Source: Octopus bimaculoides
Taxonomy: Eukaryota
DNA length: 64,000 nt
Reading direction: 5' to 3'
NCBI RefSeq assembly: GCF_001194135.2
Contig: NC_068990.1
Span: forward strand, 76,135,763 to 76,199,762
In this document: one piece after another, positions 1 to 14,256 of the stretch
How the letters are laid out: the number at the start of each line of letters is the position of its first letter
Numbering within the stretch: position 1 is the first letter of the stretch
Position numbers and translations under genes: made by a program
The notes under the pieces: generated by a model
What the model was told of the DNA's origin: nothing
What the model saw: the letters and a program-made list of their open reading frames with translations, nothing else
Database searches by the model: none

Positions 1-231
1 AATCAAATAAATTATTATATCTTTTTTTTAATGAAAAATAAAGGTAATATATTTATTCATTTTTTTATTTCATTTTTCTTTTTTTTTGTGTGTGTGTGTA
101 TGTGTATGGTTGTATCGGAAAAAGAAATTTTCAAATTTCAGTCGAAATCATAGCAAAGCTTTCAATAACTGATTGACCAAATAGACACCATATCCAAATG
201 AAATGAACTAAAAGGAAAAGCCAAAAAACAA

Positions 232-262
<31 letters not shown>

Positions 263-724
263 GAGAAGAAAACAAGAAAAGGTAAAAAAAACAAAAAAAA
301 ACTATTTACTGAACATTAACAGTTCGAGTTTACATATCAATTGATTTATGCTTCTTTCATTTTCTCAGCTGTTTTTTGGTTATTGGTTGTGTAGTGGTAG
401 TTTATAAACTTGAAAGAGAAAGTAATAGAAAGTAGAAAAAATAAAATGGAAAGAACGCAACATAAAAATAACATTGAGATGAGACGAAATAATAAATAAT
501 AACTCTTAAGACTTGCTCAAATAAAGCAATTTCACAATTTTACAATTGTGAGGATTACAAAACGAAAAGACTGGTTATATTGTAGATGTATTGATGATTT
601 TGTGGATGGTGGGAAATAGGCGATTTTTTTCTTTTTTTGTTTCGCTTTGTTTTGATTCTTTTTACATTTTTCTTTCTTTCTTCCTATATTTTCATACTAA
701 ATGCAAAACCGTTTAAAATAACAT

Positions 725-738
725 CAGCAGAAATAGCA

Positions 739-813
<75 letters not shown>
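725..813. repeat. Compound trinucleotide microsatellite (GCA)n then (GTA)n
   Basis: Direct reading; it explains the poly-A/poly-V ORF 637..825. Confidence 0.95.
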
Positions 814-815
<2 letters not shown>

Positions 816-967
816 CACGGGATAATTTTTAAATACCTGCAGACATAAAAAAAAATAAACGATTCTGATTTTAGGAAAGAACACGTAGAGATTCTGGGTG
901 TTGTCGTAACAAACATTTACACTATAAACATAAACATGTTGACAATGAAATCGAAATCAAAGCTAAA

Positions 968-978
968 TGATGATGATG

Positions 979-1042
<64 letters not shown>

Positions 1043-1058
1043 TAATAATAATAATAAT
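968..1058. repeat. (GAT)n/(AAT)n microsatellite
   Basis: Direct reading. Confidence 0.95.
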
Positions 1059-1215
1059 CGTATGAAAGTAAAAGTGGTTTCTGATTCATATTTCTATCTA
1101 TGTTACAATCTATTGCAGTATGTACACAAACAGACACATGCATGCACATACATACACGCACAAGATCATTGGAATGCATACATTTACACGCCCCCCCCCC
1201 ACATATATATACATT

Positions 1216-1364
1216 TATTAAGATGTTTCTGTATATGTGAGTACGTATGTACGTATGTGACTTTTATATCTATAGGTAGGGAGATATGATTATTAAGATG
1301 TTTCTGTATATGTGAGTATGTATTACGTATGTGATTTTTATGTCTATAGGTAGGGAGATATGAT
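1216..1364. repeat. Two-copy ~75-bp tandem duplication
   Basis: 'ttattaagatgtttctgtatatgtgagta...tataggtagggagatatgat' occurs twice, head to tail. Confidence 0.8.
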
Positions 1365-1461
1365 TCTATCTATATATGTATGCATGGACATGCACACACA
1401 AATACACACACGGCATACACACACATATACAACATACATGTATATATATATATTTACACAC

Positions 1462-1499
<38 letters not shown>

Positions 1500-1509
1500 N
1501 NNNNNNNNN

Positions 1510-1547
<38 letters not shown>

Positions 1548-1719
1548 TGAGTGTGTGTGCATGCATGCTAAATAGGTAGATAAAATCATACCTACCTATA
1601 TATGCACATAGATACACACACATGCACCCCCCCTACATATATATATATATACATATATTCATAGATACATAACTACCTACCTATATATGTATATTTGTGA
1701 ATGTGTGCGTATACATATG

Positions 1720-1757
<38 letters not shown>

Positions 1758-2436
1758 NNNNNNNNNNATATTGTGTGTGTGTAGATATGTTTATGTATGT
1801 GTGTACATACACACACATACACATATAATTCATTTGCTGGGGTTTTAAAGAAAAAAAGTTTCAAACTGGCAAAATGAAAACGAATAACAAGGCGAAAAGA
1901 AAACAAAAAATACATATAATAATAAAAATAAAAATTGTATAAAAAAAAATAGAGAATATTCACGAAAAAAATTTGATAGAGGAAAATAGGAAAAAGAGAA
2001 AGAAAACTAAATATGAGATACAAAACAAACAAAAAGTACAAAGTTGAATTTAACAGCTAATATAATACGATCTACCTCGTAAGTAGAATAAGCTAAACAA
2101 TAAATTTGATGAAAACCAATGAAGAGGAGAGGTAACAAATTGACAGAACAAAAGAACTTACGCAAAGGGAATAAGGCGAGATAAACACAAGAAAAAAAAA
2201 CCCAACGGTAGCAGACGATAGCAAATATCTATCTGTCTACATATATATATACGTATACACATGTATATATTGGTATAAATATATGTGTGTATACGTATAT
2301 TTATACATATATGCATACACACACACACACACACAATAACGCACACATACATTCTAACACACACACGTACGTATATATATGTATATCTATTTATATATAC
2401 ACATATGTATCTATATAGGTATGTATGTATATACAT

Positions 2437-2482
<46 letters not shown>

Positions 2483-3050
2483 GTATGTATATATATATAT
2501 ATATATANNNNNNNNNNNNNNNNNNNNNNNNNNNNNNNNNNNNNNNNNNNNNNNNNNNNNNNNNNNNNNNNNNNNNNNNNNNNNNNNNNNNNNNNNNNNN
2601 NNNNNNNNNNNNNNNNNNNNNNNNNNNNNNNNNNNNNNNNNNNNNNNNNNNNNNNNNNNNNNNNNNNNNNNNNNNNNNNNNNNNNNNNNNNNNNNNNNNN
2701 NNNNNNNNNNNNNNNNNNNNNNNNNNNNNNNNNNNNNNNNNNNNNNNNNNNNNNNNNNNNNNNNNNNNNNNNNNNNNNNNNNNNNNNNNNNNNNNNNNNN
2801 NNNNNNNNNNNNNNNNNNNNNNNNNNNNNNNNNNNNNNNNNNNNNNNNNNNNNNNNNNNNNNNNNNNNNNNNNNNNNNNNNNNNNNNNNNNNNNNNNNNN
2901 NNNNNNNNNNNNNNNNNNNNNNNNNNNNNNNNNNNNNNNNNNNNNNNNATCGTTTCTGATTATTTTTTTTTTTAAACCTAAACCAATAAATATATTATCT
3001 GATCGGTCACTCATGAATTTTACATTTATATCAACAAGGAAAAAAAGACA

Positions 3051-3051
<1 letters not shown>

Positions 3052-3104
<53 letters not shown>

Positions 3105-3126
3105 TATAATAATAATCATAATAATG

Positions 3127-3203
<77 letters not shown>
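3052..3203. repeat. (ATA)n microsatellite
   Basis: Direct reading. Confidence 0.95.
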
Positions 3204-3207
<4 letters not shown>

Positions 3208-3566
3208 TGTAGGGAATAAATAACTAATAGCTTTGTTGTATATACACAGAGACTCGAATAAATACACACCCATAAACACACAAACACACACACACACGCA
3301 CGCACACGCATGTATACATGATATTCTAAAATCTTTATATACACACAAAATGATGCTTCTATATGAGCGTATGTGCGCATGTATATTATTCGAGCTTACA
3401 CAGTGTTGTACTATCTACCTATAAGGTGAGAAAAATGGCTTGAGTCGAGTATAAATTTATTTTCTCCACTATGTATATACATACACACACATACATATAT
3501 GAATAGAAGTGTAAGCATTCAGGTATATGTACATAATACCGTTGTTGTTATTGTTGTTGCTATTAC

Positions 3567-3606
<40 letters not shown>

Positions 3607-3949
3607 GTTGTTGTTGTTGTTATTGTTATTCATCTCGCTTTTCAACCTATGACTATTATTAATATATATAAATATATGCGTTATCACAGAAATCTGTATA
3701 CTGAGGTTTACTATGTCTAGAGCTTACGTGCATCTTTCTATGTATATACTGTATATATATATAAATGCAATATGTTTAACTGAATGGATCTTATTGTATG
3801 TAGCACTTTAGAAAGCTTATATTGTACAATCTATATCTACATATAAATGTATGTTTTTATATGTATATGCATATATCAGTATCACTGTATCGGCCAGTCT
3901 ATCGGAAGTTGGTATATAGCGTTAGTCGCACTGAGACTCCTCGCATTAT

Positions 3950-4118
3950 GGTAGATTTCAAATGATACCACCCCGACGGCTAAGCGTATAGCTGACAGAC
4001 ATCAGGACAATACCAGCAAAACGGACCGCCAGACCTTCAGGATTACTCATTTTACACTTGAGTGAACTGGAAGAATGTAAAGTGGAGTTTTTGCTTAAAA
4101 ATACAACGTACTTACTGG
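3950..4118 (-). mobile_element. Decayed tRNA-derived SINE fragment (family C)
   Basis: The reverse complement of 4040-4115 matches the body of the copy at 50705-50925 (cacttcatttcacgttgc..agtccactcag..aaactgagtaatcc). Confidence 0.6.
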
Positions 4119-4384
4119 CATATATATTGAAATGTAATTTATATTTGTAGGTTAACGAATTGGGTAAAAGAATACCGCGTTGTTTACTTCAGAGGATCTA
4201 CCATAAGGACTTGTAGTGTTTAAAAGCACCCGTAACCATATCGTTCGCACACAAAAATCCTCTGCCGCGGACGCCGTAACTACCAGCTCACATGACTACA
4301 CTCTGCTAAGGGCTCCTCAGTGGCAGATAGAGATCAGGTTTACTTTCGGATATCAACACTGTTTCTGTCGGTATTGATTATTTA

Positions 4385-4423
<39 letters not shown>

Positions 4424-4450
4424 ACGTGAGTGTTTAAAACATGTACGTAC

Positions 4451-4491
<41 letters not shown>

Positions 4492-4595
4492 ATTAATAAA
4501 TTCAAAAAGGGATAAAAATCTTTTACAAGAATTTTATCAGGAAGCTAGTGTGTAAAAAAATTCATAAGGCAAATTTCTATTCCCAAGAATATTAT

Positions 4596-4905
4596 TATTC
4601 GTTTATATTTATGTAAGGGCATTACTACAGAATAATGCCATACAACAGACTTCCCAAATAAACACATTTTAGTACCGAATGCGAGGAAAGCAACCAGCAG
4701 AAGAAACCAACTTTCTTTTAAATAACTCAACTATGTATCGACTGATTTCGCGATTACTAGAATGAAATCTAGTTGAGTTATTTAAAAGAAAGTTGGTTTC
4801 TTCTGTTTGTTGCTTTCCTCGCATTCGGTACTAAAATGTCTTTACTTGGGAAGTCTAGTGTGTGGCATTATTCTGTAGTAATGCCCCTTATATAAATATA
4901 AACGA

Positions 4906-4908
<3 letters not shown>
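4596..4908. repeat. Long inverted repeat / foldback element (~138-bp arms, 36-bp spacer)
   Basis: Arm 4596-4733 is the near-perfect reverse complement of 4770-4908 (e.g. ttttagtaccgaatgcgaggaaagcaa / ttgctttcctcgcattcggtactaaaa). Confidence 0.9.
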
Positions 4909-4979
<71 letters not shown>

Positions 4980-5262
4980 GAGAGTGCTCCTTTGTGTGTA
5001 TGTGTGCATGTGTGTGTATGTCTGTGTACGTGTGTGTGTATGCGTACGCGTGTGTGTGAGTGAGTGTGTGTGTAGACTTAAATATTTGTGTGCTTCTTTG
5101 AAAGTGAGTGCTTGTCATTCAAACCAACATACCAACTTCTTTCACGTGTTTTACACAACTTTGTGTCGGTGCGAAAATTGCTGTACGAAATATAGTTTTT
5201 GTAAACAGCGATATTCTGCATATTTCCACCCGAAGTCTCTGTCCCTTTTCTTCTCTCTCTCG

Positions 5263-5311
<49 letters not shown>

Positions 5312-7648
5312 GCTCTCTCTCTCTCACATACACACACACTTCTCTCCGTCTCATTCACACATATACGGACGTTTATAATTTTAAGTTAAAATATCAAGAT
5401 GCAACTTCTAGTTTCGTTTTTATAATCAATCCTCAGACGAGTGTTTAAATTCATCAAATGTGAACTTTGCATATTGGATTTCTGTTATTAAATGACATTT
5501 CATCACGTTTGTCAACACGTCTGACAACCATATGTTTGCATCTGTGTGCGTGTGTGAGTGTGTGTACATGTGAGTGCTTGTGTGTGTATGTGTATACATA
5601 CATACATACATACACACACACATATAGATATGCACACACACACACGCACACACGCACACATATGCCTATATTTATATATGTATATATAAAATATATATCT
5701 ATTTATATATATATATTTATATATATACATACATATATATATAGAGAGAGAGAGGTTGAACAGAAAGAGAGAGAAAATACGTTTCTCTTGCTGTATAATT
5801 AATTAATGAACCCAAATGTACCGCTTTCACAAGAAATAGATTACAATGTTTAAATAGCAATTGGTAGAAGGCTTACACCAGAAAAGGTGTGAGATTCTCT
5901 CGACTGAACGTGGGAAGTGCTACTGAACTGAGAACTCAACCAAAATACAGGTTTAAATAGTAGCATATACATCCACCCATTCTTTTGTTGCTCAGTTTCA
6001 AGGACAAGTAAATATAAAGGTGAGGATAATAACATCACCAATGATGTTCACCTGTGGTTTGTTTAAAGTATATATCATAATATCTCTGCTCAACTTCGTC
6101 TGACATGTTCTATGCGACGATCACACACTACACACCTTTCCTCCGATCACTGCTGTAAACAGCAAAAGTGAGCTAGAACGTCAAAACTTAGTACACATGC
6201 ATAGCAAAGTTCAAGATCAATTTGTGCCAAGCGGCTTTAGTCAGCGTGCTTTAGTTTTGTTACTATGGCAACAGGCCAGTAACTTATTGATCAGACCACG
6301 TATATCAAAGCTACTTTTGATCTTATAGACGAAATATTATATCATATACATAAGAAAGACAGAATATAACTAAAAATTTCACCACAGTGTTTGAGTGTTC
6401 ATGGAAGGCAGAAAATTAAAGCACGTTAAGAATTTTTTTCAATGTCCATAAATAAAATTGTAGCGGTTCTTTTTGAGGTGCACCATAACTCAGTACGAAG
6501 AATGACGGAAGTGCAGCGTTATGGGGGTGCTCTTGTCCAGTTAATTCATGTGTTCCCACCCGTATCTGAGCAGACCTATCTATGTGTTTGCTTTGTAATT
6601 AAGAATCTAATTATATTTTCTTTTCGTAATGGTATGCTTTATATTATCTTGTAATTATTTTATGTTACGTCTTTAATACGATTATTGTCTAACGTTGTAA
6701 CACAATTTCTGAGATTCTACAATGTACAATGAGGCCCCAAATGGGAAAAGTCTTCCCTCAATTGGAACTGTGCCACTACTGCTGCTACTGTTGCTACTGC
6801 TATGCACGTAGATATCCTGGACCATTTCCGGACTAAGGCAGCTCGACTGACAGGTGTTAAAACACTCACAGAAACGAGCTAGTCTTTGGCTTATAAGAGT
6901 GTCGTCAACTCTCTCTTTCTTTTCTACAAGGTAAACTTATATGGCGAATTTTGCCCTATTCCAGTATAAACTACTCGCCTTCCCAAATCATGTTACTACT
7001 CTTGTGTCCAAATCCTCCTTTGCCCTGCACTATATCATATCCCTAGCGCTTCCTCTCCACAACATTGAACATCTAAAATCCCTTCCTTGCTTCTGTCTTT
7101 CGCAGGTTTTTTTTTTTTTCTTCAACAATTTAAGTGGGACATTAACGACAGCAACATTGCTGCTATCGGAGGCTTCTCATGGGTAATGCCACTTATTCCA
7201 GACCCTGCAAGTAAACAGAAACAAAATTCTTTACCTCGTCTCTTTATAAATTTGTCTATCCCAGTCCACTTGACCCCAATAATTATTTTTAAGTCTGATC
7301 CTTATTTTAACTAGGTTTTCTATTCACTCCATTGAAACTATTTTTGCATTAACGTAACAGCCGACATAAGGAAATACACATACGCCTATATATGCAAATA
7401 TATACATAAACACACACGCACATATACACACATATGTACATACATACACTCTCACGGATATGCATGCATGCTTACGAACATATGACTGACTACTGCAAAG
7501 TCTCCGGCTCTCAACTTCACTCTCAAGGCACCGATCAATCCGAAGTTATAACAGAAGTCACTTGCCCAAGATTTAACTCTCTGGTATCAAATCCGATGTC
7601 ACATGTTTACAAAGCAGCCATGAATAGCAATGTGTACGTGCATGTGTC

Positions 7649-7683
<35 letters not shown>

Positions 7684-7693
7684 NNNNNNNNNN

Positions 7694-7731
<38 letters not shown>

Positions 7732-7949
7732 GCACACATATGTGTATGTGTGTATGTATGTATGTATGTGTATAGATAGATAGATAGACATACATATACA
7801 TATATATATATATATATATACATACATGAGTGTGCGTATGTATGTGTATACGTATATATGGGAGAATATACAAATAATACCAACAGACGAGGACAGGTGG
7901 TGTAAATAACAAAAGTATATATTAGTATGACGCTCGGGAATACGGAAAG

Positions 7950-7986
7950 TCTTTGACGTTTCGAGCTACGCTCTTCAACAGAAAGA
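7950..7986 (-). ncRNA. Minimal type I hammerhead-like motif with variant core (CUGUUGA)
   Basis: Minus strand reads tcttt-CTGTTGA-a-gagc gta gctc-GAAA-c-GTC-aaaga: 5-bp stem I, 4-bp stem II, palindromic ACGU stem III, GUC triplet. Position 6 is U instead of the conserved A. Confidence 0.6.
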
Positions 7987-8645
7987 ATACGGAGACAAGG
8001 AGAAAAACACGGAGAAAAAAAATTGAATAGTGTTCAGTCAACGGTCAATCATAATAATGGCCGATCATATATATATACATATATACATGCATACACACAC
8101 ATATATATATATACATACACATATATACATATATTTATTTATTAATAAGTTTATATATATATATGTGTGCGTGTGAGTGTGTATCTGTTTGCGTGCGTCT
8201 GCGCGTGTGTGTGTGTGTGTGTGAATGTACGCATGTATACATATATGTATATATGTGTGTGTGAGAGTGTCGGTCTGTGTGTGTGTGTACATATATAGAC
8301 AGATAGATAGACAGATAAGTGCAAGCGTGTATAATACATATACATTATACACACGTAGACATGCACACACGCACGTGCGCACACATACACTCGCGCGCGC
8401 GCGCACATACACACACATGATAATGCAGTCTGGCAATTCGTGTCCAATTCTCTACACTGCGTTGTGTCCGTGGTCAGAACACTTCAATCTCAAATGACTG
8501 AATCTCGTTGTTCGTGAGAAAAATGGTCTCCAGAGAAAGGCGATGGAAAATAACCTCTCTAATATGCCAAGACAGCATTATAGATCTTTACGGTTTATCA
8601 CACCAGGTTTGAACGGACCATATCAGATATTCAAACGCATATAAC

Positions 8646-8686
<41 letters not shown>

Positions 8687-9403
8687 CATGTACATACATA
8701 TATCTATGTACATGTACATATACATGTATACATATATATATGTACATGTACATATACATGTATACATATATATATGTAATCATATATATACATACATACA
8801 TACATGCATACATANNNNNNNNNNNNNNNNNNNNNNNNNNNNNNNNNNNNNNNNNNNNNNNNNNNNNNNNNNNNNNNNNNNNNNNNNNNNNNNNNNNNNN
8901 NNNNNNNNNNNNNNNNNNNNNNNNNNNNNNNNNNNNNNNNNNNNNNNNNNNNNNNNNNNNNNNNNNNNNNNNNNNNNNNNNNNNNNNNNNNNNNNNNNNN
9001 NNNNNNNNNNNNNNNNNNNNNNNNNNNNNNNNNNNNNNNNNNNNNNNNNNNNNNNNNNNNNNNNNNNNNNNNNNNNNNNNNNNCAAATTAAAATGTAAGG
9101 GTTTAGATATTTAATATTTTTGATATTAGACAGTATATGCTCATACTTTAAAACAGAAAAAAAAAACATAAGCTTATTGACAAGACCACAGTCACGTATT
9201 TGAATCCCCTACAGAGCTCCTCTCTTCACCACTTCTCAAAATAAGTTCTAAAAAGGTTTATCTATTATTTAGCTGTTCATTTCCACAATTATCTCACTTA
9301 CTTCACAGATAATTCATCAGGCCACTTAGCGTCCACCACACACCCACCACATATACACGCACGCACTCGCATACGCACATACGCATATATAAGTACATAT
9401 GCC

Positions 9404-9448
<45 letters not shown>

Positions 9449-11849
9449 TTATCTATGCCTTTTATCTTTTACTTCCTTCTGTCGTCGGACTTAGGTGAAC
9501 GCTTCTGTCATCGGACTGAGGTGAACTAGGGTACGCTTGAAGGGTACCCTAGCGTCTAACGAATCGACTTTAGTGCTTATCTTTTATCGTTTATCCTATT
9601 TCTATTTTACCCAACCACTCAGTTACAGAGGACAGAAGCAAAACAACATCTGTCACCAAACGGTGGTAGGGGACAATTACAAATCCCAAGACATACACAC
9701 AAGCACAAATACGTATTTATGTATGCACAGAAATATATAATTACTGAGTATTGATACGGGGTATTTGTAGATACAATTTAAATGAATTCACTACATTTAA
9801 TCTATGTACGTCTATCAGCATTGTCGTTAAAGCCACAGTTGTCTATTTATGTAACATTGTGCCTATTTGCAGATTATCTTCGTAAAAGACAAGTACCCAA
9901 ATTTGGTGACAATTATTACTATATATTTGTTTGTTAAATCCTGCCTATAATAAATGATATTTAGTAGAATACGAAGAAATTTTCCGCTGAAACTATGCTA
10001 TGTCAGCCCAATATATATAATGTTTAAAACTAATTTTTATCAACATACCAGTTCGTGCAAACGCTCCGTTTCTAATTAAGTACCACATTACTGTCCCACT
10101 AATACATATTGGACAAGAAGAGCAAAGAAACGGGTGTTACTATTTTGATGCAAAGAGCATCCTGCACATATTAATATCGTTCATGTACAGATCTAATGAA
10201 TACTTCAGCTTAACGGGGAAATGCAATGTATATTTCTAAACAGTTACTCTAAACAAAAGACCAGAGTTAGAGCCATCATTCATTGAGTCTTCTTTATATA
10301 ATTAATGTCTTTCAAACTAACAATTTTTGTTTTATCCTCTAGAACTATCCTCCCTGAACGTTGTTTCCTAATATCATTGATATCTTATAAATTCATGATA
10401 TCTTATCCACCAACGAAAGGTCTGTCAGCAACGTTTGAATTTTATTCTGCTTACGTTCCCATTTCTATTTAGTTTTCATACATTCGATGTTTTCCATGCA
10501 GACCTCCATTTGTCTCCTTCAATTCTTGTGTTTTCCTGTAGCTTAATGAAAGGCTTCACCAAATAACCAATCTTATTCTTTTTCAGTTATTTTGAAAGTG
10601 GTATCATTTGGATGTAAATGTGGATACACAGTTAAATGAAAAATTCACCCGGACAAACCGCTGACTAACGCTAATTTGTATCATAGACCTTAGCTTTTAA
10701 AAACGGTGTTCAAAAAATTCTAAATAGATATCGTTGTGTGAAATAGTTTATTTAGCATCATAAACCGTGAAGTATACTTCATGAGTTTTATATTCACATT
10801 GTTAAATCGGTTTTTCGTGTCAACTTCTCCATGATCGAAGCACTCATGTCATATTAGTCTGACTCCCGATAGAAACTCTAATACTACTTCAGTTTGGGTC
10901 ACAATGCGAGCACTAAATAATACACCAGCTTCGATCGATTTTAGGCCACGTTCGATGCATTGATATCACGTTGCCTTTGCAAATCGCAATAGTATTGATA
11001 ATACGACACTTCGGTCTGTTAGGCACATGATTAACATATCGGCTTTTACCATAATAGAATCACTGATATCACCAACAATATGACCTTACTTTCTATTCTG
11101 TCATTGCTATTCAATAATGGATGCGAAAAGGAAAGTACTCATGAATTACATGGCTGTGATTTTTTCTCCAAAAGTTATTTTCATTTACCATCACTGATTG
11201 CAAGGGTATCGTGAGTGTATGAGAGGAAAATATCTACTTTAAAGCAATATTACACGTGAAGTTATGATTAGTGAGTACACACATAGAATCAATCAATCAG
11301 TCAATCAATCAAACAATCATGTGATCAGTATATATATTGATAACAGAGTTCAAATAATGCTGTCGTTGTCTTTACCTTCTACATTTCCACAAGCAATGAA
11401 ATAAATACTAGTCATATATTAAGGTGAATCCAATCCCCTATACACCCTTTTTTATAGTTAAAGCCGTGTGACAGTTTAAGACATGATCCTTTATTTGAAT
11501 TCAAATGTACTATGGAAAGTTTCCATTATTAGCCTTGTATTTTTAGTGTCATCCATACTTTGTGCGTGGAAACATTCCAAAACAAAGCGTGTCTTACACC
11601 GGGTTTTCCCGATAAAAGCAATTGTGTTTCAATTTATAAGAAGTTTAATTATTGTTCCAGCCACTTTTAATAAGAGCGGGGAGAAAACATAATTACGAAA
11701 TCTTTTCTTTCTATGGTAGGCTTACACCGTAAGTGATTTGGTCAAAGGCCGTGAGTTGAAACTAAAACGGTTAGAGTGGAAGATACGTGGAGGACACGTG
11801 CTAGCCATTCAAAAACACACAAACACTGTTAAGTTCGCTTAAATAGTTA

Positions 11850-12061
11850 TTTTATCTTATTACCTCTTACTTGTTTCAGTCATTAGACTGCAGCCATGCT
11901 GGAGCACTGTCTTGTTGAATTTAAGTTATGAAGATGTAACCACACCAACACCGGTTGTCAAGCGGTGGTGGGGTCAAACACAGAGAGAAACACACACTCA
12001 CATATATGTATATACATATGAGTATCTATATACACACTCACACATATGTATATACATATGA

Positions 12062-12101
<40 letters not shown>

Positions 12102-12372
12102 GCACACGGGGGTTGATACTACTGTAGTTTGTAGCCCTAGGAAGACATCTCCTCTATCTGGCTATTGTCACACTTTCTGTGTCCTGTCAGTATTCGTTCC
12201 CATCTCCAGCCTGACGTGATATATATATATATATATATATATGGGGAGGGTTCTTTCAGTTTTCGTCTAACAAATCCACTTACAAGGCATTAGTCGACCC
12301 GATGCTTTAGTAAGACACTTGCTCAAGTTGCTACGCAGTGGGACTGAATCCGGAACGATGTGGTGGGGAAGC
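11850..12372 (-). mobile_element. tRNA-derived SINE (family A), interrupted by microsatellite and ~110-bp insert
   Basis: Family motifs 'ttacttgtttcagtcattagactgcagccatgctggagcac', 'ccggttgtcaagcggtggtgggg' and 'gacacttgctcaagttgctacgcagtgggactgaatccggaac' are shared with other copies in the window. Confidence 0.85.
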
Positions 12373-13490
12373 CTATAAATAAAATACTGTACAGTACGGT
12401 GAAATAGTTGGAATTTTTTGAGCACCAGGCGAGAAACGTTGCGGATTCTGTTAGNNNNNNNNNNNNNNNNNNNNNNNNNNNNNNNNNNNNNNNNNNNNNN
12501 NNNNNNNNNNNNNNNNNNNNNNNNNNNNNNNNNNNNNNNNNNNNNNNNNNNNNNNNNNNNNNNNNNNNNNNNNNNNNNNNNNNNNNNNNNNNNNNNNNNN
12601 NNNNNNNNNNNNNNNNNNNNNNNNNNNNNNNNNNNNNNNNNNNNNNNNNNNNNNNNNNNNNNNNNNNNNNNNNNNNNNNNNNNNNNNNNNNNNNNNNNNN
12701 NNNNNNNNNNNNNNNNNNNNNNNNNNNNNNNNNNNNNNNNNNNNNNNNNNNNNNNNNNNNNNNNNNNNNNNNNNNNNNNNNNNNNNNNNNNNNNNNNNNN
12801 NNNNNNNNNNNNNNNNNNNNNNNNNNNNNNNNNNNNNNNNNNNNNNNNNNNNNNNNNNNNNNNNNNNNNNNNNNNNNNNNNNNNNNNNNNNNNNNNNNNN
12901 NNNNNNNNNNNNNNNNNNNNNNNNNNNNNNNNNNNNNNNNNNNNNNNNNNNNNNNNNNNNNNNNNNNNNNNNNNNNNNNNNNNNNNNNNNNNNNNNNNNN
13001 NNNNNNNNNNNNNNNNNNNNNNNNNNNNNNNNNNNNNNNNNNNNNNNTATATATATATGTATATATATATACATGTTTACTCATACACACACACACACAC
13101 ATATATATATATAATGCAATGGTTTAACTCGAAGCAAATAAGGCTATAAATACTAGCATGTAAGCATTGGGTAAAAGGAAAGGAATTGTTTCACGTTCTC
13201 TTGAAGTTCATAATTTTTTTGATTTCAAGATTCCATTCATTTGTTCACTTTTATTTTTATTATCTTCTTATATATTTTTTTTTTTTGCGAGTGCATTCGT
13301 TTGTTGGTCCATCCCTTCGTTTCAATTTATTATTATGCTTTATTACTTGTTCTTTACATTTCTGCATTATCAGGTCACTTAATTCTAATAATTATGTTTC
13401 TTATTAACAATACCAAATTGCAATATCAAAAGGTCTGTTAGCCGCTTAAGTTATTCGAAATTACAGACCATTAGTTTTTTGGGCCTTTTT

Positions 13491-13534
<44 letters not shown>

Positions 13535-13928
13535 AAGTGATGGTTAATTTTTCTACCTCGTCATCAATATCGTGCACAAAAGGACATCATAGCAATCCTC
13601 TTTTAGCACTATTTACAAAATAATAGAAATCGTCGTATTATGGGGCACAGCATATAAATCCCCGCCAGAATAAAAATAAGGGAAAGAAAGGTGAATGAGA
13701 TTAGTATAACATGATCAAAGAGAATATCGAAGTCGTTAAATGCTATCAAGCAACCTCGAAAACACACATGTGTGGTTATAGTCATTATTGTTGTTTGTTA
13801 GTGCCAGGTTAGCCCTAATTGAATGGCAATATGATCAATGATGTTCAAAGGCCTAATTATCCAATGTGTTTCTGTCCCCATTTTTTCCTTTTTTCTTTAC
13901 TTTTTGTCTTTTTGGCAAAGGTATAGAG

Positions 13929-14256
13929 CAGTGGTTTACAACCATTAAAAAATTTTTTTTATCTAAGACCCCTTTGATTTTTATTCTGTTCTTGTGGACA
14001 CCATAGCCATTCGATATTATTTTAAACAAATTTTATTGGTACTTCTTCCAAAATTCCTTCATTTTTTCATACATTAACTTGTGTAAGTTAAAGTACGTAA
14101 GACGTTAGGGAAAGAAACATAGCTGTTTCCTGTAATAAATATATCTAAAGCGAATTTTTTTCAAGGACCCATAAAATACTACCGGGGATCCCCAATTTAA
14201 TATTTTGGTTGCGTAGCCCCACAAAATTTTATATGGACCTCGTTTGAGAACCATTA
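13929..14256. mobile_element. hAT-like MITE (decayed)
   Basis: Left end cagtggtttacaacc and right end tttgagaaccatta resemble CAGTGGTTCYCAAC-type hAT TIRs. The 8-bp TSD is not conserved. Confidence 0.5.

Noticed and set aside
9270-9325. Minus-strand CTGATGA-attatct..agataat-tgtg-GAAA hammerhead-like string
   Set aside because: Extra bases before GAAA, and neither stem I nor stem III pairs.
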